A stretch of DNA of 64,000 nucleotides, from contig OZ210885.1 of assembly GCA_964658305.1 (NCBI GenBank), forward strand, positions 3,658,001-3,722,000. Reading direction: 5' to 3'. The translations under genes and the position numbers were made by a program. Numbering within the stretch: the first letter of the stretch is position 1; every line of letters starts with the position of its first letter. The notes beneath the pieces were generated by a model. The model was not told the origin of the DNA. It did no database searches and was given only the letters and a program-made list of their open reading frames with translations. This document shows, piece after piece, positions 34,301 to 47,890 of the stretch. The stretch comes from Leptogorgia sarmentosa (lineage: Eukaryota).

Positions 34301-37300
34301 AGTACAATTATAGTATTACAGTTAATTTGCCAAAATTAGACGAGTCACAGAAATTTTTGAGGTGTTTTATCTCTCATCGCAACGTTTTTGTTGCGGTAGA
34401 GCAATTTAGTTTATGTGCAAATTTCACCTTTTCTGCCATTTTGTTAAATTTTGTTAAATTTTGTTATTTTGGAAAATGAAAATCAATAATTGTACTGCAG
34501 TAAGAATTGGTACTCCTTTCAAGTAGTCAGCGTCGATATTTAAGGAATAGAAAACATTTTCCATGTGTACATCGAGTTATGTAAACACAAGTGCAAGTTT
34601 GGGAGAACGAGAAATGTGTGGAAACACAAGCCCGAAGGGCGAGTGTTTCCACACATTTCGAGTTCCCCCATACTTGCACGAGTGTTTACATAACTCAATG
34701 TAAACATAGGAAAATGTTTTCTATTACTTTTATATAATAACACGATGACAAAAGAGGAATAACAGAATAGCGAGAAGCCGCGGGAAATAGCTGTGTTTAC
34801 ATATTAATCTCACATCATAGCCAATCACGCGCGCGTAGTCTTTTTCACTTACTTCCGGTTACTTTATAATTGTTTTTCATACTAATAATAATTTTCGTAA
34901 TACGTTTTTCTGAACCAGTACTATTGGCTACTACAAAAAAATGGATTAAAAAACACCTGATGCCCACTTTTCAACTCATTTTAGCTTTGATCCAGATCCA
35001 ACCTCCCGTTCCACATTTTGGACTTTTACTGTCGGGGGAATATTCACCTACCTTTATTCATGGACAGTTAGTCAGCTATCTGTGCAAAGATTTCTTGCCT
35101 CAAAATCATTGTTGGAAGCGAAAAAGTAAGTTTGCTTTTATTTATTTTATTATTTATTTTATTCATAAACTTCGTCAATGAAAGATCACGTTATACATAA
35201 TAGTGAGCTTATGATCTACAACGCGAATTCACAACGCGAACGTCGCATTAAACAAGTTCTATTTTAAAGCGATGGCAAATAACGTTAAAATATTTTTATC
35301 ACAGTACTAGGCTATAGCAATGTATTATGTGGAAAAAATTATTGACAAATCAGTTCTCGTGTTAAAACAACAATTATTCCTCTTCTAGCTTTTCTTAGGT
35401 AATTACTTCAGCTACCATTTTGATTTTATAGAGCAGTTCTCATGAACATACCTGTATTCATTTTTATTGCAATCATATGCAGTCTTGATGGTCTTGTTAT
35501 TTTTGCCGTCTATCACAAGTGTGATTTGGCCAAAGAGAAAAAGATAACAAGAAACGACCAAGTAAGAAAAACCCTAAACTTCTTTGGTGAATATTACAAG
35601 CCTTTTCTCGAAGAATGGCATAACACCTGTCTCAGCCCAAGAGAGGAGAAACATCCTCCTTGTTTGTAAACAAAATTTTGATTATGCATGATATACTTAT
35701 ATATAGCTATAGGATATTACACGGCGGTGCGAAGATATGAATTTTATCTTCGAGTAGTGAAAACAATATTACGAACAAAAATTGGTTCACCGCTCATAGA
35801 CAAACGTTTCCATTTTGAACATAAATTTATTGGCGGGAAATGATCACGTGATCGATATATTCACTTGTGAAGATATGGAAAGGCTATTTTTATAATATTC
35901 ATTGTGAATGCTCTTTTGAATTGGTCTTCTAGATTTTGCCTTTCTTTGTGGTTGACAAGCTTGGATACCTCACAGGAATTCCTGGCTTATTTATTGCATC
36001 TCTTTTCAGCGGCTCCCTCAGGTAGGTGAACATGAAGCAGTCCTTTTGTCATGGTTATTTTTGGGCATTGACCCGCCATTTTGAATAATTTATAGGCACG
36101 CTTTCCCCCAGTAAAAGTCAGACTGCACTAGTTTAAGGCTTAAAAATTTATAATTCTTGCCCATACCATAATTACTTTATTTTTTTAACTAGCACGGTTT
36201 CTTCAGGAATCAACTCGCTTACTGCCATTGCATTAGAAGATATTATAAAAAAGATTAAAAGCGACATTCCTGATTCAAAAGCCACAGTCATTTCAAAACT
36301 ATTCGGTAAGCATTTCGTGGCCCAAGACAATTTATTTCCATCATTGCTTGGTGTTTACCTATGCAGAATTTTTTCTGTCCTCGTCAAGATGAATTTTCCC
36401 GCACGACTGATTCACCTCACAGTTTCCAATTTCAACTTTATTTATACCACTATATCCCGTCGGAAGCAGGGGGGCTTGGGCGGGCTACAGTCTCCTTCCA
36501 CTTTCCAATAATTTTCCCAAATTTTGGCGACAATCATTTTGGAAGATGAAAACGTATAAAGGAATCTATTAGATATAAGATTTCAACAAGAATTTAATAT
36601 CTTGCACCCTTGTCTTGAATGCCGTGAAAAACTGGGGCCGTCTTCCCCCAAACCCTCCCGATCACTAACTAATATGGATTTTCACCTCCCCCCACCCCTC
36701 CCCCCCCCCCTCCCCGCCAATCAATTGCTTCCGACTGGCTTGAATTATAAGACATTTACAGAGTTACATTTGAGCGTCTTAACTTTTGCCTAAACTATTA
36801 TTCTTCACGACATTGAGAGGCTGATTATATGATCCGCTGATCCAGGACTGAGTGAATATACATTTCGATGCAAAAGTAAACAGATTGTTTTAGAGCTAGC
36901 AAATATTAATATAAATAGCGGAAAGCGAGGGCGCCTATCACCACATACTTGCTGTATATGCATGATTAAACTGCTTCAGTTAAATCCAATTAATTATCCA
37001 ATTAAAGCTTCTCATTTTAAAGCTTCAGTTATTTTATTTTAGGAGTAATTTACGGACTTATAATAATCCTCGCAGCTGTTGGACTGGGGTACGCCAAAGT
37101 TCCATTATTAATTCAGGTAAATGCTAATTTTTGGTACAGCGGTATACCATAAGTGCATTATAGATTTAGTGTCAGCTACAAATTAAATTAGTATTTGCAT
37201 AGCAAATTAGATACCAGCGTAAATTATGCACAAATTATTTAAATAATGCCAAAGCTAATTAGTCTAAAAAAAATATTGCGAGAAGCACATTTCCTGCTCG

Positions 37301-40300
37301 AACAAAACCATATCCACAATGGCATTTACCCGATTATTATTTATTGAAAATAATTCAAGAGTTTTGATTGGTTAAGAGCTGTGGATGAAATCGTCATATC
37401 CGTTCGGTAAACACTTATACGATATTATGACGTCATTTGATCGTATACTGAAAATCAGCCTTCGACTACGGCAGATAACACAAACCTCTGCACTAATAAT
37501 TCAACATATCCTACTCGACCTCATTCAATGATTGTTTACTAATGTTGGCTACGAAAGCCGACAAGCTTCAAAAACGTAAAAACATGAAGATTGAACAGGT
37601 TTTTCACCCTGTATTATTCGTTAAAAAATGAAGAGTGCATGACGATTAAATACTCTACAAATATTCTACATCACAACTGGTAAATATATTTCACTGCTGG
37701 TAATATTACTGAAAAATATAATGCGTGCAATTTAAGTTCGCACGGGTTGAAATAACAAAATGTTTTTCAACAGATTTTCTAAGCATTTCCCCTGGCAGCT
37801 ATGATTCGATCTACGTGAGCCAAAATGCAAATCGTGCTTTAATAACTATGTTTTGTATAAATGTCTTTTTCTCTCACGTAAACTGGAACTCGTTTATATT
37901 TTCCCATAGTTAACAGCAAGTTTATTTAACATTACCGCTGGTCCATTGCTGGGACTATTCACACTTGGCATGATTTCAAGAAGAGCCAACTGGAAGGTTA
38001 GTGTTCTTTTAGAAATGCGAAATGACTGAAACGCCATGACGGCACAGTTTGGTTTTATATCATTAAGTGAATTGCCACACTTCAATATGTAGCCAATGTA
38101 GAGCTAGCCGAAACCGATAACAACTACAACATCACATGTGACATGTCTGTTGTTCAATGCTTGGTCAAGGGCCTGTTACTGACTTGGACACCTGTCAAAA
38201 AATACATTTCTGAAAAAGTATTTTTAAACTAACTTTCACATAAATTGGTTTTGAATTTTACGTTGACCTTGGGTCAACAGCAAAAGGTCTGTTTACTGCC
38301 TAAAACGGTACAATAAGATTCAACCTTTGGCAATTTTTCCAGTATTGACTTTACTGATTCACAGATTTTGTTTGAAGCACTTTCAGTTATTTATATTTCA
38401 GTTATTTTCGTTATTTGCAGGGAGCTTACGTTGGCACTGTATGTTCCTTCATTATGGTTGGTTGGATCTATATTGGCAGCGTGTATTATCCCCCCAATGT
38501 ATCTGCACCACCAATATCGGTTGAGAAATGTGTTGTGTTCAATGCCACAAAGAACAACATTAGTGTTGTGGATGGTCTTCTTTATCGCAGTGTGAAAGAG
38601 TACAGGTAAGAAAAATTGTAAAATATGGATGATCTGACCTTGAGTGGAAGGTCGGAAAAATGGATTTCTATTTGACGACTAGTGCCAGTAGTTTTTCGTG
38701 ATTTTGAGCCACGTTGTCGTCAGTCCTGTCTAGTCCTAGGTGGACTTCTAGAACACTTAGACTTCTTGAGTTTTTTTATTGAAGTACATTGTAAAGAAAT
38801 CATTGAACTTTGAAAGTATATTTTAGGAATCAGCTTCAGCCACGATGATTGTTTATAGAGGGGCGTAAGGGGGTGGGGTTCCTATTCTCATTTCCCAGCC
38901 CAAATTTTGACTTAATCGCAGGGTCCAAGAGCACAAATCCCATCGTCCAACCCTGTTCAAATCTTAATTCCATTCCTATACTTTCTATTGTTTCTCTAGT
39001 GTTTAATCCCAGCCAATCCCATTTTCTACTCCTTCAGTTCGCTCCTTATTGTACTTATATCTTTTAGTGATCCATTAGCTGGGTTATATGGTTTATCATT
39101 CCTGTATTATGGTGCAGTCAGCATGTTGGTGACCATAATAGTTGGCCTTGTATTTAGTTTGATATTGGGTAAGTGTACGATCATTACAAAATTGTTCAAT
39201 TGTCTAAAACGTTTAGTTAGTATCACAAAAACGCTACAGTGTTAGAATTCAAATAAATTTCGTGCCAGTATTACCTATACACGTGAGAATGCCACCGGTG
39301 CTCCCCCCCAAAAAAAGCCCCTAGATTTCTAAAGTGAAGACTCTGAAATGGCCATTTTCGTCGATCGACATTTTGCGATTTATAACCTTCCTCCATCCCT
39401 CCCCCCCCCCCACACTCCCCTAATGTACACCCCTGGGTCGCAATAGCTTTTCTACTATTCATAATTTTTTTTAGAAACATCAGCTGATCGGCAAAAAGTT
39501 GTTGACCCGAACCTTTTATTCAGCGTACATATACCCAGATTCAATACTGTAAGAAGCCAGGAAAATCACGTCGAAGATGTTACGCCAGACTTAGAGGAAA
39601 AACATGTGAACAGCAATGGCAGCACCACCAAGGTATGATCTCCGTAATATACAGGGTGTATAAAAAAAATTAAAATCGGTCTCATCTACGCAAACGGCTC
39701 GGGGAACAACGTTTATATTGTTTAAGGTACTTATAATGTAGAATTCCAAATTCAAATTTTCAAAATGCAGGGGGGGGGGGCTTTTCCAACAGAGTCTAAG
39801 CCCTTCAAACGTTGCGCAAACGTAGTGTTGGCAGCGGCACAGTAAATCTGGCATTGTGTTTTGTTATTTTAGGACAAATTATAATAATAATGAACAATCA
39901 TTGAATGAAGAATTATTAAGGCCGAGGTTTGTGTTATTTGCCGAAGCCTGAGGCAAATAACACAAAACGAGGCCTTAATAATTCAGCATATCCTACGAGA
40001 ATCGAATTTAATAATTTTTTTATTATTTATTATTTTGTATCTTTATCGGACTCGTTTCGGTATCGTTTCTCTGAGAAAGCCATCTGTATTTTTCAGCTTT
40101 TGGTACAAGCAGCATAAATTAGTTGACGCCATGTCATATAATTTTCAATATACCACACATAATTACGTCAATAATGTCGTATATGACGATTTCACCCACT
40201 GATTTAACCAATCTAAACTCTTGAATTATTACAATAAGGCTTAGCGATTCAGCCTCGCTTTCGTGTGCCTTACGAAACGGAGTATTGTCCTCATTTATAT

Positions 40301-40398
40301 AATTAGGTTAGCATTGGAATCCGGTTAATTGGTTTCTTATATTTTAGGAGAGCATGCTGATGGGAAGTCTAAGCAATGGCGCATTTGTACATAATTAG
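31315..40398 (+). CDS. SLC5 sodium:solute symporter, SMCT/SMVT/NIS subgroup (SLC5A8/SLC5A12/SLC5A6-like), 15 coding exons, 600 aa
   Basis: GT-AG exons with consistent phases: 31315-31647, 31979-32044, 32691-32742, 32999-33066, 33729-33883, 34985-35125, 35432-35561, 35933-36021, 36193-36305, 37043-37116, 37910-37996, 38421-38605, 39068-39168, 39475-39632, 40348-40398 (1803 nt). Family motifs: DYVIF, SLLVSFVSAIAILGIPSEVYTYG, EYLEKRF, GGIKAVIWTDVFQ, VQRFL, DQILPFFV, GIPGLFIASLFSGSLSTVSSGINSL, GPLLGLFTLG. An acceptor at 31300 implies an upstream 5'UTR exon; AATAAA at ~40615 and ~40670. Confidence 0.95.
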
Positions 40399-41541
40399 GG
40401 AACCTGGCTAGTTTTGAGACACCAGTGTTGGTTGCCGTGTAGGTTTTGCGGGCTTGGAAAAACCATGCAACTTCCTGGCAATATGAACAATGTTTACAGT
40501 GCAAGTTGGATTAGAAACTGGGGATTAGAGCAGCTCTCGGTTTCGTTGCCTAACATATTTGTGGGCTCCTATTGATAACAGTGCCTTGGTGCGCTGAAAG
40601 GATTACCCTACTTAAATAAAGGTTTATCTATCTATCCATTTACGAAAACAACCAATGTGCTGTCTTGTAAATAAAGAAAGTATCACTGACTGCAATGCCC
40701 AGAAACGTATACAACCTCTCCCACACACATGCAGATATTCGTTTCCCAAGACATGAATGTCTTTGATTGAATGTTGGCGTTGCCATTTTGTCTTTGATTG
40801 AATGTTGGCGTTGCCATATTGGCGCTGCTTCACAACTTAAAATATTCTTTTGTGTTTGTGGACAATGTCGTTATGTGTTATTCATTAACAAGACAGCACA
40901 TGGTGTTATCGGTAGGAGTAGGACCATGTTGTAGTATTTCACTTTCGTCGTTTGGCATTCAAACACAGTTATTTGCACCGACATATAAACGAGCAGACAA
41001 TCTGAAACTTGTAAAGCCAATAAAATTCAGTATTTAATTCCATTACTCATTTCCTCAATTATTCTTTGTAGTTTGTTTTTTGTTTATCATTGGTTAAGGG
41101 TCTACAAATAATTTAAAGTATTTATTTAGAAGTGCCAGTTCTGTTTCCAGGCGAAGCATCGACATGCAGAGGTTATTGGACTGCGCCCGAGATATTTCAG
41201 CGGTATCTGCCGATTCTTGTAGTCGAGGGCCATTTTAAATTGTCTACGTTACGTTCCCAACGTTTTCAACGCAGGAAATTCAGGAGAAAACGGACAATGC
41301 CATTTTTATTGATCAACTTCATGATACTGAATGAATGGCTATATTCTACCAACTTTTCAATTCCGTTTGTGATACTGGTGCATTCGTTCATGTAATCAAA
41401 ATCACTATTTTTCAACATTCTTCTCTGATGTTAATTGGAACTGTAAATTACGTTTTTATTGATCAGTATCAAAACTAGTGACTGAGTGAAAGGATATTCT
41501 ACCAACTTTTCAATTCCGTTTGTGATTGGTGTCAAACACTG

Positions 41542-44210
41542 CCCAGCAAACACACGACGTCGTTTCGACGTCGAATTTAGGTTGATATTTGGTCGGGACG
41601 TCGATCGACTATATATCGACGTTGAATCGACGTCGATAACCTGACCTCATATCGACGTCGACAAATTGACCTCGTTTCGACGTTCAATCGACGTCGTTAT
41701 CCTGACTTAATATCGACGTCGAAAAATTGACCTCGTTTCGACGTTCAATCGACGTCGTTATCCTGACTTAATATCGACGTCGACAAATTGACCTCGTTTC
41801 GACGTTCAATCGACGTCTTTAACCTGACCTGAACATTAAAACAACTAATTAAAAATATATATATTTACGTTTTGGGCCCTATAGCTGACGTTGAATATGG
41901 ATCAGCATATTTTTATACCCCAACATACAATTGCATATCAACACTTTATAAACTGATCTTTTGGGCAAAGTTCGTACCGACGACTACGTTTGCTATTTCA
42001 ACCTTTTTCAACATGTGATTGATCGTATTTATTAAGACATTGATAGTTTTTAAATAATTTTGAACTTTTGGGTAGGGTATTTGTATAGGAAATTACTCGG
42101 CTCGAGAAGTATTAATGAAAAATTGCACGCGTGTTTGGACTTTGGCGAAATACGAATAAGGTGTCGCGCATTCGGCCCAAACTCGGTTCGGGCCGTTCGG
42201 CTCGGCATACAATCGGCGATGACACGAGACTGAGAATCATGGGAAGTGTTGTGATAGACGCTCACAAACCGCGTGTATTCAAAATTTCACACAAAGGATT
42301 TCATTGCTTGTCGTTGTTCTTGTCTTTTGGGGATAATTTCCCGTTCATTTAGTTGATTTAATTCAAGACTACAGAAAAGGTTAGTATAATATGCAACTTG
42401 TTTATTTTTATTTTGTGATATATCGCTTATATTTCGTTCAATCAGTGTGCACTTCGATGCGCTTCGAAGTTCGAAGTGCTCGATCGTGCTTCAAAAGTGC
42501 TGGTTCAATAAACTGAACTGGAAGACCAGTGATCAGCACTATAATTCACAAAATTAATCGCTTCTACATAAAGGTCAATTCTGTATCATATATTCTTATA
42601 CTATGCTACCGAAAAGTCGATTCCTAGCTCTTGCCTCGACAATGATGTGTAACGTTTGTGTATTTGATTAGTAGAGTTACATTTTACAATCCAAATCAAT
42701 CTAGTAGTTTAGTTAGACTTTGTCAGCCTGGTTTCATCAGTGATATACTAAAAAGCGAGTATTTCTACGTAGGAAATTTTTTGTAATTGATTTAGGCTGG
42801 TTTTCAATTCTTTCAAATAGAATTTCGGACAACCAATTATACAGACTGAGCATACAAAGAGGCAGTGGAAGCGAATTTTTTAAGGGGGGAGGGGGGGGGG
42901 GGGGGGGGCTTTAAGCAGATAATAACTAGTTAGTAGGGACATAACTCATCAGGTTTGGCAAAAGCAATTAAGCAAACTGATTTTTTTGATATCCTTTCAA
43001 AATTTGTTGACTTAAACTGGCTACAGTAGATCGAGACTATTAACCTGAACTACAATGCCATTGCTATGCTAATTCCATACTGGCTGGCACACATATTGTG
43101 TTGAAGATGAAAATTGAGAATTACTTGCTTTCAATAAATCGATTAACAAAGCCATCAAAAAGATAACTGCTTAGTTATGTATAGGGATATACTGTAGCTA
43201 CATTAGAGAGACAGGCTTAATTAATTGATATTTTTCACTTATTAGAGCACCGAAAGTGATGTTTATAAAGCAATGGGACAGATTTTAAAGTATGCTCCGG
43301 ACAGGAAAGGGGGAAGTAGAAAGTCTATCTATAATCGATCATCATGGGACATTTTTTATGATAAACATATAGTCCATGCACAAGATTGATAACTGTAGCT
43401 GCAGAATAATACAAAATTTGCCAGGATTCTACATTTCACAACCAATCTTGGTAATTTTACCAAACTTGTAAGATGTTCTTTCAAAATATAATATCGTGGT
43501 AACAAATTAATTAACGTATAGCTAGTTGATAATAAATTAGTGCAGATAGTATAGTATAGGTCCAAATTGGAATCGCTTAATTACAGTTCGGTGTTTGTAA
43601 ATAATCAAGTGTATTAAAGTATATAATATGTAATATGTAAGATACTGACTGAGTTCGAAAATAAATATATCATCAAAACAAATTGCAACAGAAAATTTAT
43701 TAATTTTAATCAATTTGCAACTTCGTCGTATTTTCCAACGTACTATCGACGTGGAAAAGTCAACGTTGAATCGACGTCGAAAGTCTAACGTCGATTCAAT
43801 TTGCGTTTTCGACCTGTTTTTCAACGTCGTATCGACGTCGAAAAGTCAACGTTGAATCGACGTCGAAAAGTCAACGTTGAATCGACGTCGAAAGTTCAAC
43901 GTTGAATCGACGTCGAAAAGTCAACGTTGAATCGACGTCGAAAGTCTAACGTCGATTCAATTTGCGTTTTCGACCTGTTTTTCAACGTCGTATCGACGTC
44001 GAAAAGTCAACGTTGAATCGACGTCGAAAAGTCAACGTTGAATCGACGTCGAAAGTTCAACGTTGAATCGACGTCGAAAAGTTAACGTTGAATCGACGTC
44101 GAAAATGTAACGTCGATTCGATTTGCGTTTTCGACCTGTTTTTCGACGTCGTTTCGACGTCAGTAGTAACGTCGATTCGACGTTGAATCGACGTCGGTGT
44201 GCTTACTGGG
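41542..44210. mobile_element. EnSpm/CMC-type non-autonomous element with CGACGTCG-rich subterminal arrays
   Basis: TG|CCCAGCAAACACACGACGTCG ... CGACGTCGGTGTGCTTACTGGG|TG (2-bp TSD); left 61-bp repeat x3 (41640-41830); right 25-26-bp units in a 161-bp higher-order repeat (43740-44200). Confidence 0.88.
43246..43389 (+). pseudogene. Relic last exon of the element's accessory gene (DUF4806-like C-terminus)
   Basis: Acceptor tttttcacttattag| then STESDVYKAMGQILKYAPDRKGGSRK; the LxxAPDRxGG ending is recalled as typical of CMC-associated accessory ORFs. Confidence 0.55.
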
Positions 44211-45038
44211 TGCTGCTATTAAATGAATTTGAATTTGGAATTCCGTTTTTGTTGATCAATATGATGTGATAGTGAATAAAGGCTATTTTACCAGACACTC
44301 AATTCAATCTGTGATTGTGTTGTATTTGTTAATGTAATCAGAGTTACTTTTTTTAATATTAAGAACACGGCTGTCTAGCTGTACAGTGAATTTGACTTTG
44401 TGAATTTCGTTTTCATTCATGAATTAATTCAATTGGTGATCGTGGTGCATTTGTTTAAGGTAATAAAACTGACTACTTTTAAATACGAAATCTGATTTTG
44501 ATAATCAGGCGTGAGAAAGGCGTGCAGGCAAGCTATACACATCCTTCCAAGGTAACTGAAGTTTGCTGTGAAAACAGATCGAACAATAATTCTCTAAATT
44601 GCACTCCTTGTGATACAAATGACCTACAAAACAAAAGCAATAATAACATTAAGGGTGATATAACATTGAGGGTGATAAAGGCGGGTATGAATCACGTATC
44701 TTAGAGAAAAAAATAGTCATTTCCCCATGCACGTGCCTTAAAAATGCGATTTCACGTCTCACCGAAAATTAGATTACACCATGCAATAATAATAAATTAT
44801 TAATGATAACACGTTTGTTGATTTGATCGTTAGCACGTCGATGGAGTACGTGAAATTTTTCATGCAAAGCATTGCTCTGCCAGATGTCAAATCAAAATAG
44901 AAATAATACAATCTCGTATATATAGACAAATTCGAGTTTTTCCAGGCGGGGCAGATAAGCGGTGGACACCGATCGCTCATTAACTGGCGGATGACAAATC
45001 GTTTAACTGAAGGTACGGTAGGTACCTCATGTTTCAAT

Positions 45039-45427
45039 AGGGAATTTAAGATGTTGACAACGGACTACTGCTACGGACAACGGTTGAATGCTTGTTTCCG
45101 TGTATTGCTTTAACAATGAGACAAATAATTTACATATCCCTGGAGTATACTTTTCACTATAGTGTCTTGACTACGACATGAAAATCATATTATTGTGTTG
45201 TATAAAAGCACGGTAAAACGTAAGGACAGAACTGACTATACGCAGCGCGCACGTGGTGGAAAATATTTCCATATTCAACTGATAGAATTCAAAGTTAAAA
45301 CCTACAAAATACTGATAATTTGGAATGAATTTGTCTGGATATATGTAAATCCAACTCAGTGATGTAAACAGGTGAACAAAATGTTTCAAACGTAGTCGGT
45401 AGTCCGTCGTCAGGACTTAAACCCCCT
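45039..45427. mobile_element. Harbinger-type MITE with 3-bp TSD (aat)
   Basis: aat|agggaatttaagatgttgacaacggactac ... gtagtccgtcgtcaggacttaaaccccct|aat. Confidence 0.78.
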
Positions 45428-46698
45428 AATGACTTGATCTACATTCATCCTGAAACTTCGTGCGCATAAAACAGAACATGCGAGTCATTGATTCGAGTGA
45501 ATGATACAAAAACCTTTGGACAGGATTCCGGCAGCCTGTGCTCAATATAAAAATGAATCACATGCATTGAGTTTGACTACGTATATAAAATCAATGACAT
45601 TTCACGACTCCGTGGAAATTTTACGTGACCCGAACAAGAATACTAAATTCAATTTACTGATGGTTTCTTCTTATTAAGTCTAGCTAAACGTCCCTAATAT
45701 TTATAGCAAGACAATCAGCGAAATCAGAGCATAATAATTTTTTAAAAATACTGTATAACATACCACATGGGAAAACAATCACGCCTTGAGAATGTCCAGG
45801 TAATTTTTCGCACAATGGCAAAGGACATAACGAACAAGACGATCTAATTAATGTAAAATATAAAAATTTAATATATATGCAGGGTGTCCCCAAAAGTATA
45901 CAGATCTAACTTTGGGGTTTCAAACTCTGAAATCTCGCAATCTGTTTTGGGACAGCCTTGAAGATGCAGGTAATATACTTACACAGCCAATGGCAAATCG
46001 ATTCCCCAGTTACAAGCTGAAATTAGAAAAAAGTAATTTCTATAATAAACAATCTGTATAATAAACAAATTAAAGAACGCTTTTCCCTAAATACAGTAGG
46101 TGCTCTCATACCCGCATCTTCAAGGCTTCGAGAATACTTGAGAGGTTCCTTGAATCCAAGTCCCTGTGCATGAAATTCCATTTTCCGAGCGAAAAATAAG
46201 CAAATTCCAGTTCCCACTTTATCCCTTCAGGACCCTCCTTTCAGTAGGTTCTCTACATGACGCCACGTTTCAAGTTTCCCGTCTGTTTATTTCATCCGTT
46301 TCATTGCTACACCCGTTAATTCCGTTTCATGGGTAAATTGCACTGTATAGCTACTTACGCTCGAGACGAGACTGTGGCATACTTGTTTTACTTCACGTTG
46401 TATCCTTCAAGTAGGGTAACAAGACGCCTATCAGGCGTTCACTCGGGCTACATGAAGTTTATAAATGACGAACCCACTGGCAGTGCGCGCGTGGCATGCA
46501 CCATGAACCCACGCGTGAAACGATTCAACGAAGGTTTTCATTGGTTCAAGGACTTCGTGTCGCCCACGCGTGTTTTTTGCAAACTCGCGACCGAAAAAAA
46601 GAATCGAAGCCATTTTTAAACTCGGTCTACCTACGACCGTCTACCTACGGTAGCCCGAGTAAAAAGGAAATCACGCATCGCGTATTGGCCTAAATATT

Positions 46699-47890
46699 AG
46701 ATAGATTTAGAAAACACGACGCGACGTCTAAGACGACGTAAGTATGGCGTGGACGCTCGAAAATGCCGTCCGGTTTCATTTGCGACGTCGTCTTCGTTGA
46801 TTTTAGGACGGGAAATCGCTATTTTCACGTCGTGAACAGGACGTCATTATTTTTTTTTTTTTCGCCATTGAGGTGAGTTGCTTATTTTGAACGACTTTTA
46901 GGTTTAGATAGGGTTGTGTTTAATCGCCCTAAGGATCTTTCGGATGTTTTTTTTATAAATGCACTATTTTTTTAAGTGTTTTCACAACACTGCAAAATAC
47001 AACTACAGCGTCAGCGTATGGCGTAATACTAGTAGTTCATTCAACATGCAAACATTGTGCATTTACTACAAATTTTATCAAAATAACAGTACGAAAAAAG
47101 CTTTAAATAAATTGCTATAATTTGTGAATTTAATGTCCTGTCCTGTTTTATATTTAATAGCATTTAATGCTAATGTTTACACTTTTGAGCGATGTTATAA
47201 TTCATGTCATTGTTATGATTGTTTGGGGTTTTCCCATCAAGTTACAAATATCCGTGCCATCCAATGCCATCCATTGCTCGTTGTTGTCTTAAGTATTCGG
47301 GGTTTTCCCATAGGGTTCATAGAATGAGTTATAAATATATAAAAATATATGTTTCACCGTTGAACTTGTTGTAGTAGATATAGCAGTGTGAGCATGCATC
47401 GTTTTTTCATTTTACCATTTTGTTTTTTTTAGCTTTTCTTCATGGACGTGAATGAAGAAAAGAGAGCTACAGTGGAGAAAGAAAGGGGGCAGGCATTGGA
47501 AATGAGGCAGAGGGCGATGGAACGAATTGGGGAAACAAGAAAGCGAGGAGAAGAAAAGGAAGGAAAAGAGAAAAAAGGAAGAAAGTCTGGGGAAACATTT
47601 GATTGGTTGAGAGAAAAAGCTGCCATGGACAGGAGATAAAAAAAAGGAAGAGCTAAAAGAAAGGAGAGAAGAAAGGGAGAGCCAGAAAGAAGATAGATCC
47701 ATGTTTGTTCATCAGCTGAAGAGATCCAAGTTTGTTCGCAGCTTACACAGTTTATGCATCAACAAGAATACCAGCAACATCAACAGCAAGAGCAGTTTCA
47801 CATGATGCAGCAGCAGATGTGAGATGCTAGCAATGTTCCAACATCAAAAACAACAAACACAGCTCTTAATGGACCTTTTAAAAAAATGAC
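46699..47890 (+). mobile_element. PIF/Harbinger remnant: terminal region plus frameshifted accessory ORF C-terminus
   Basis: cgacg-rich end at 46699-46850; exon-like segment from 47433 encoding EKERGQALEMRQRAMERIGETRKR...SGETFDWLREK, followed by a frameshifted Glu/Gln-rich tail. Confidence 0.55.

Noticed and set aside
42883..42908. Long G run as a functional G-quadruplex
   Set aside because: Homopolymer inside a MITE end; such runs recur in this repeat class and their length is error-prone.
43740..44200. Palindromic repeat array as a CRISPR or recombination-site array
   Set aside because: No unique spacers; it is the subterminal array of the element bounded by CCCAG/CTGGG and a TG duplication.
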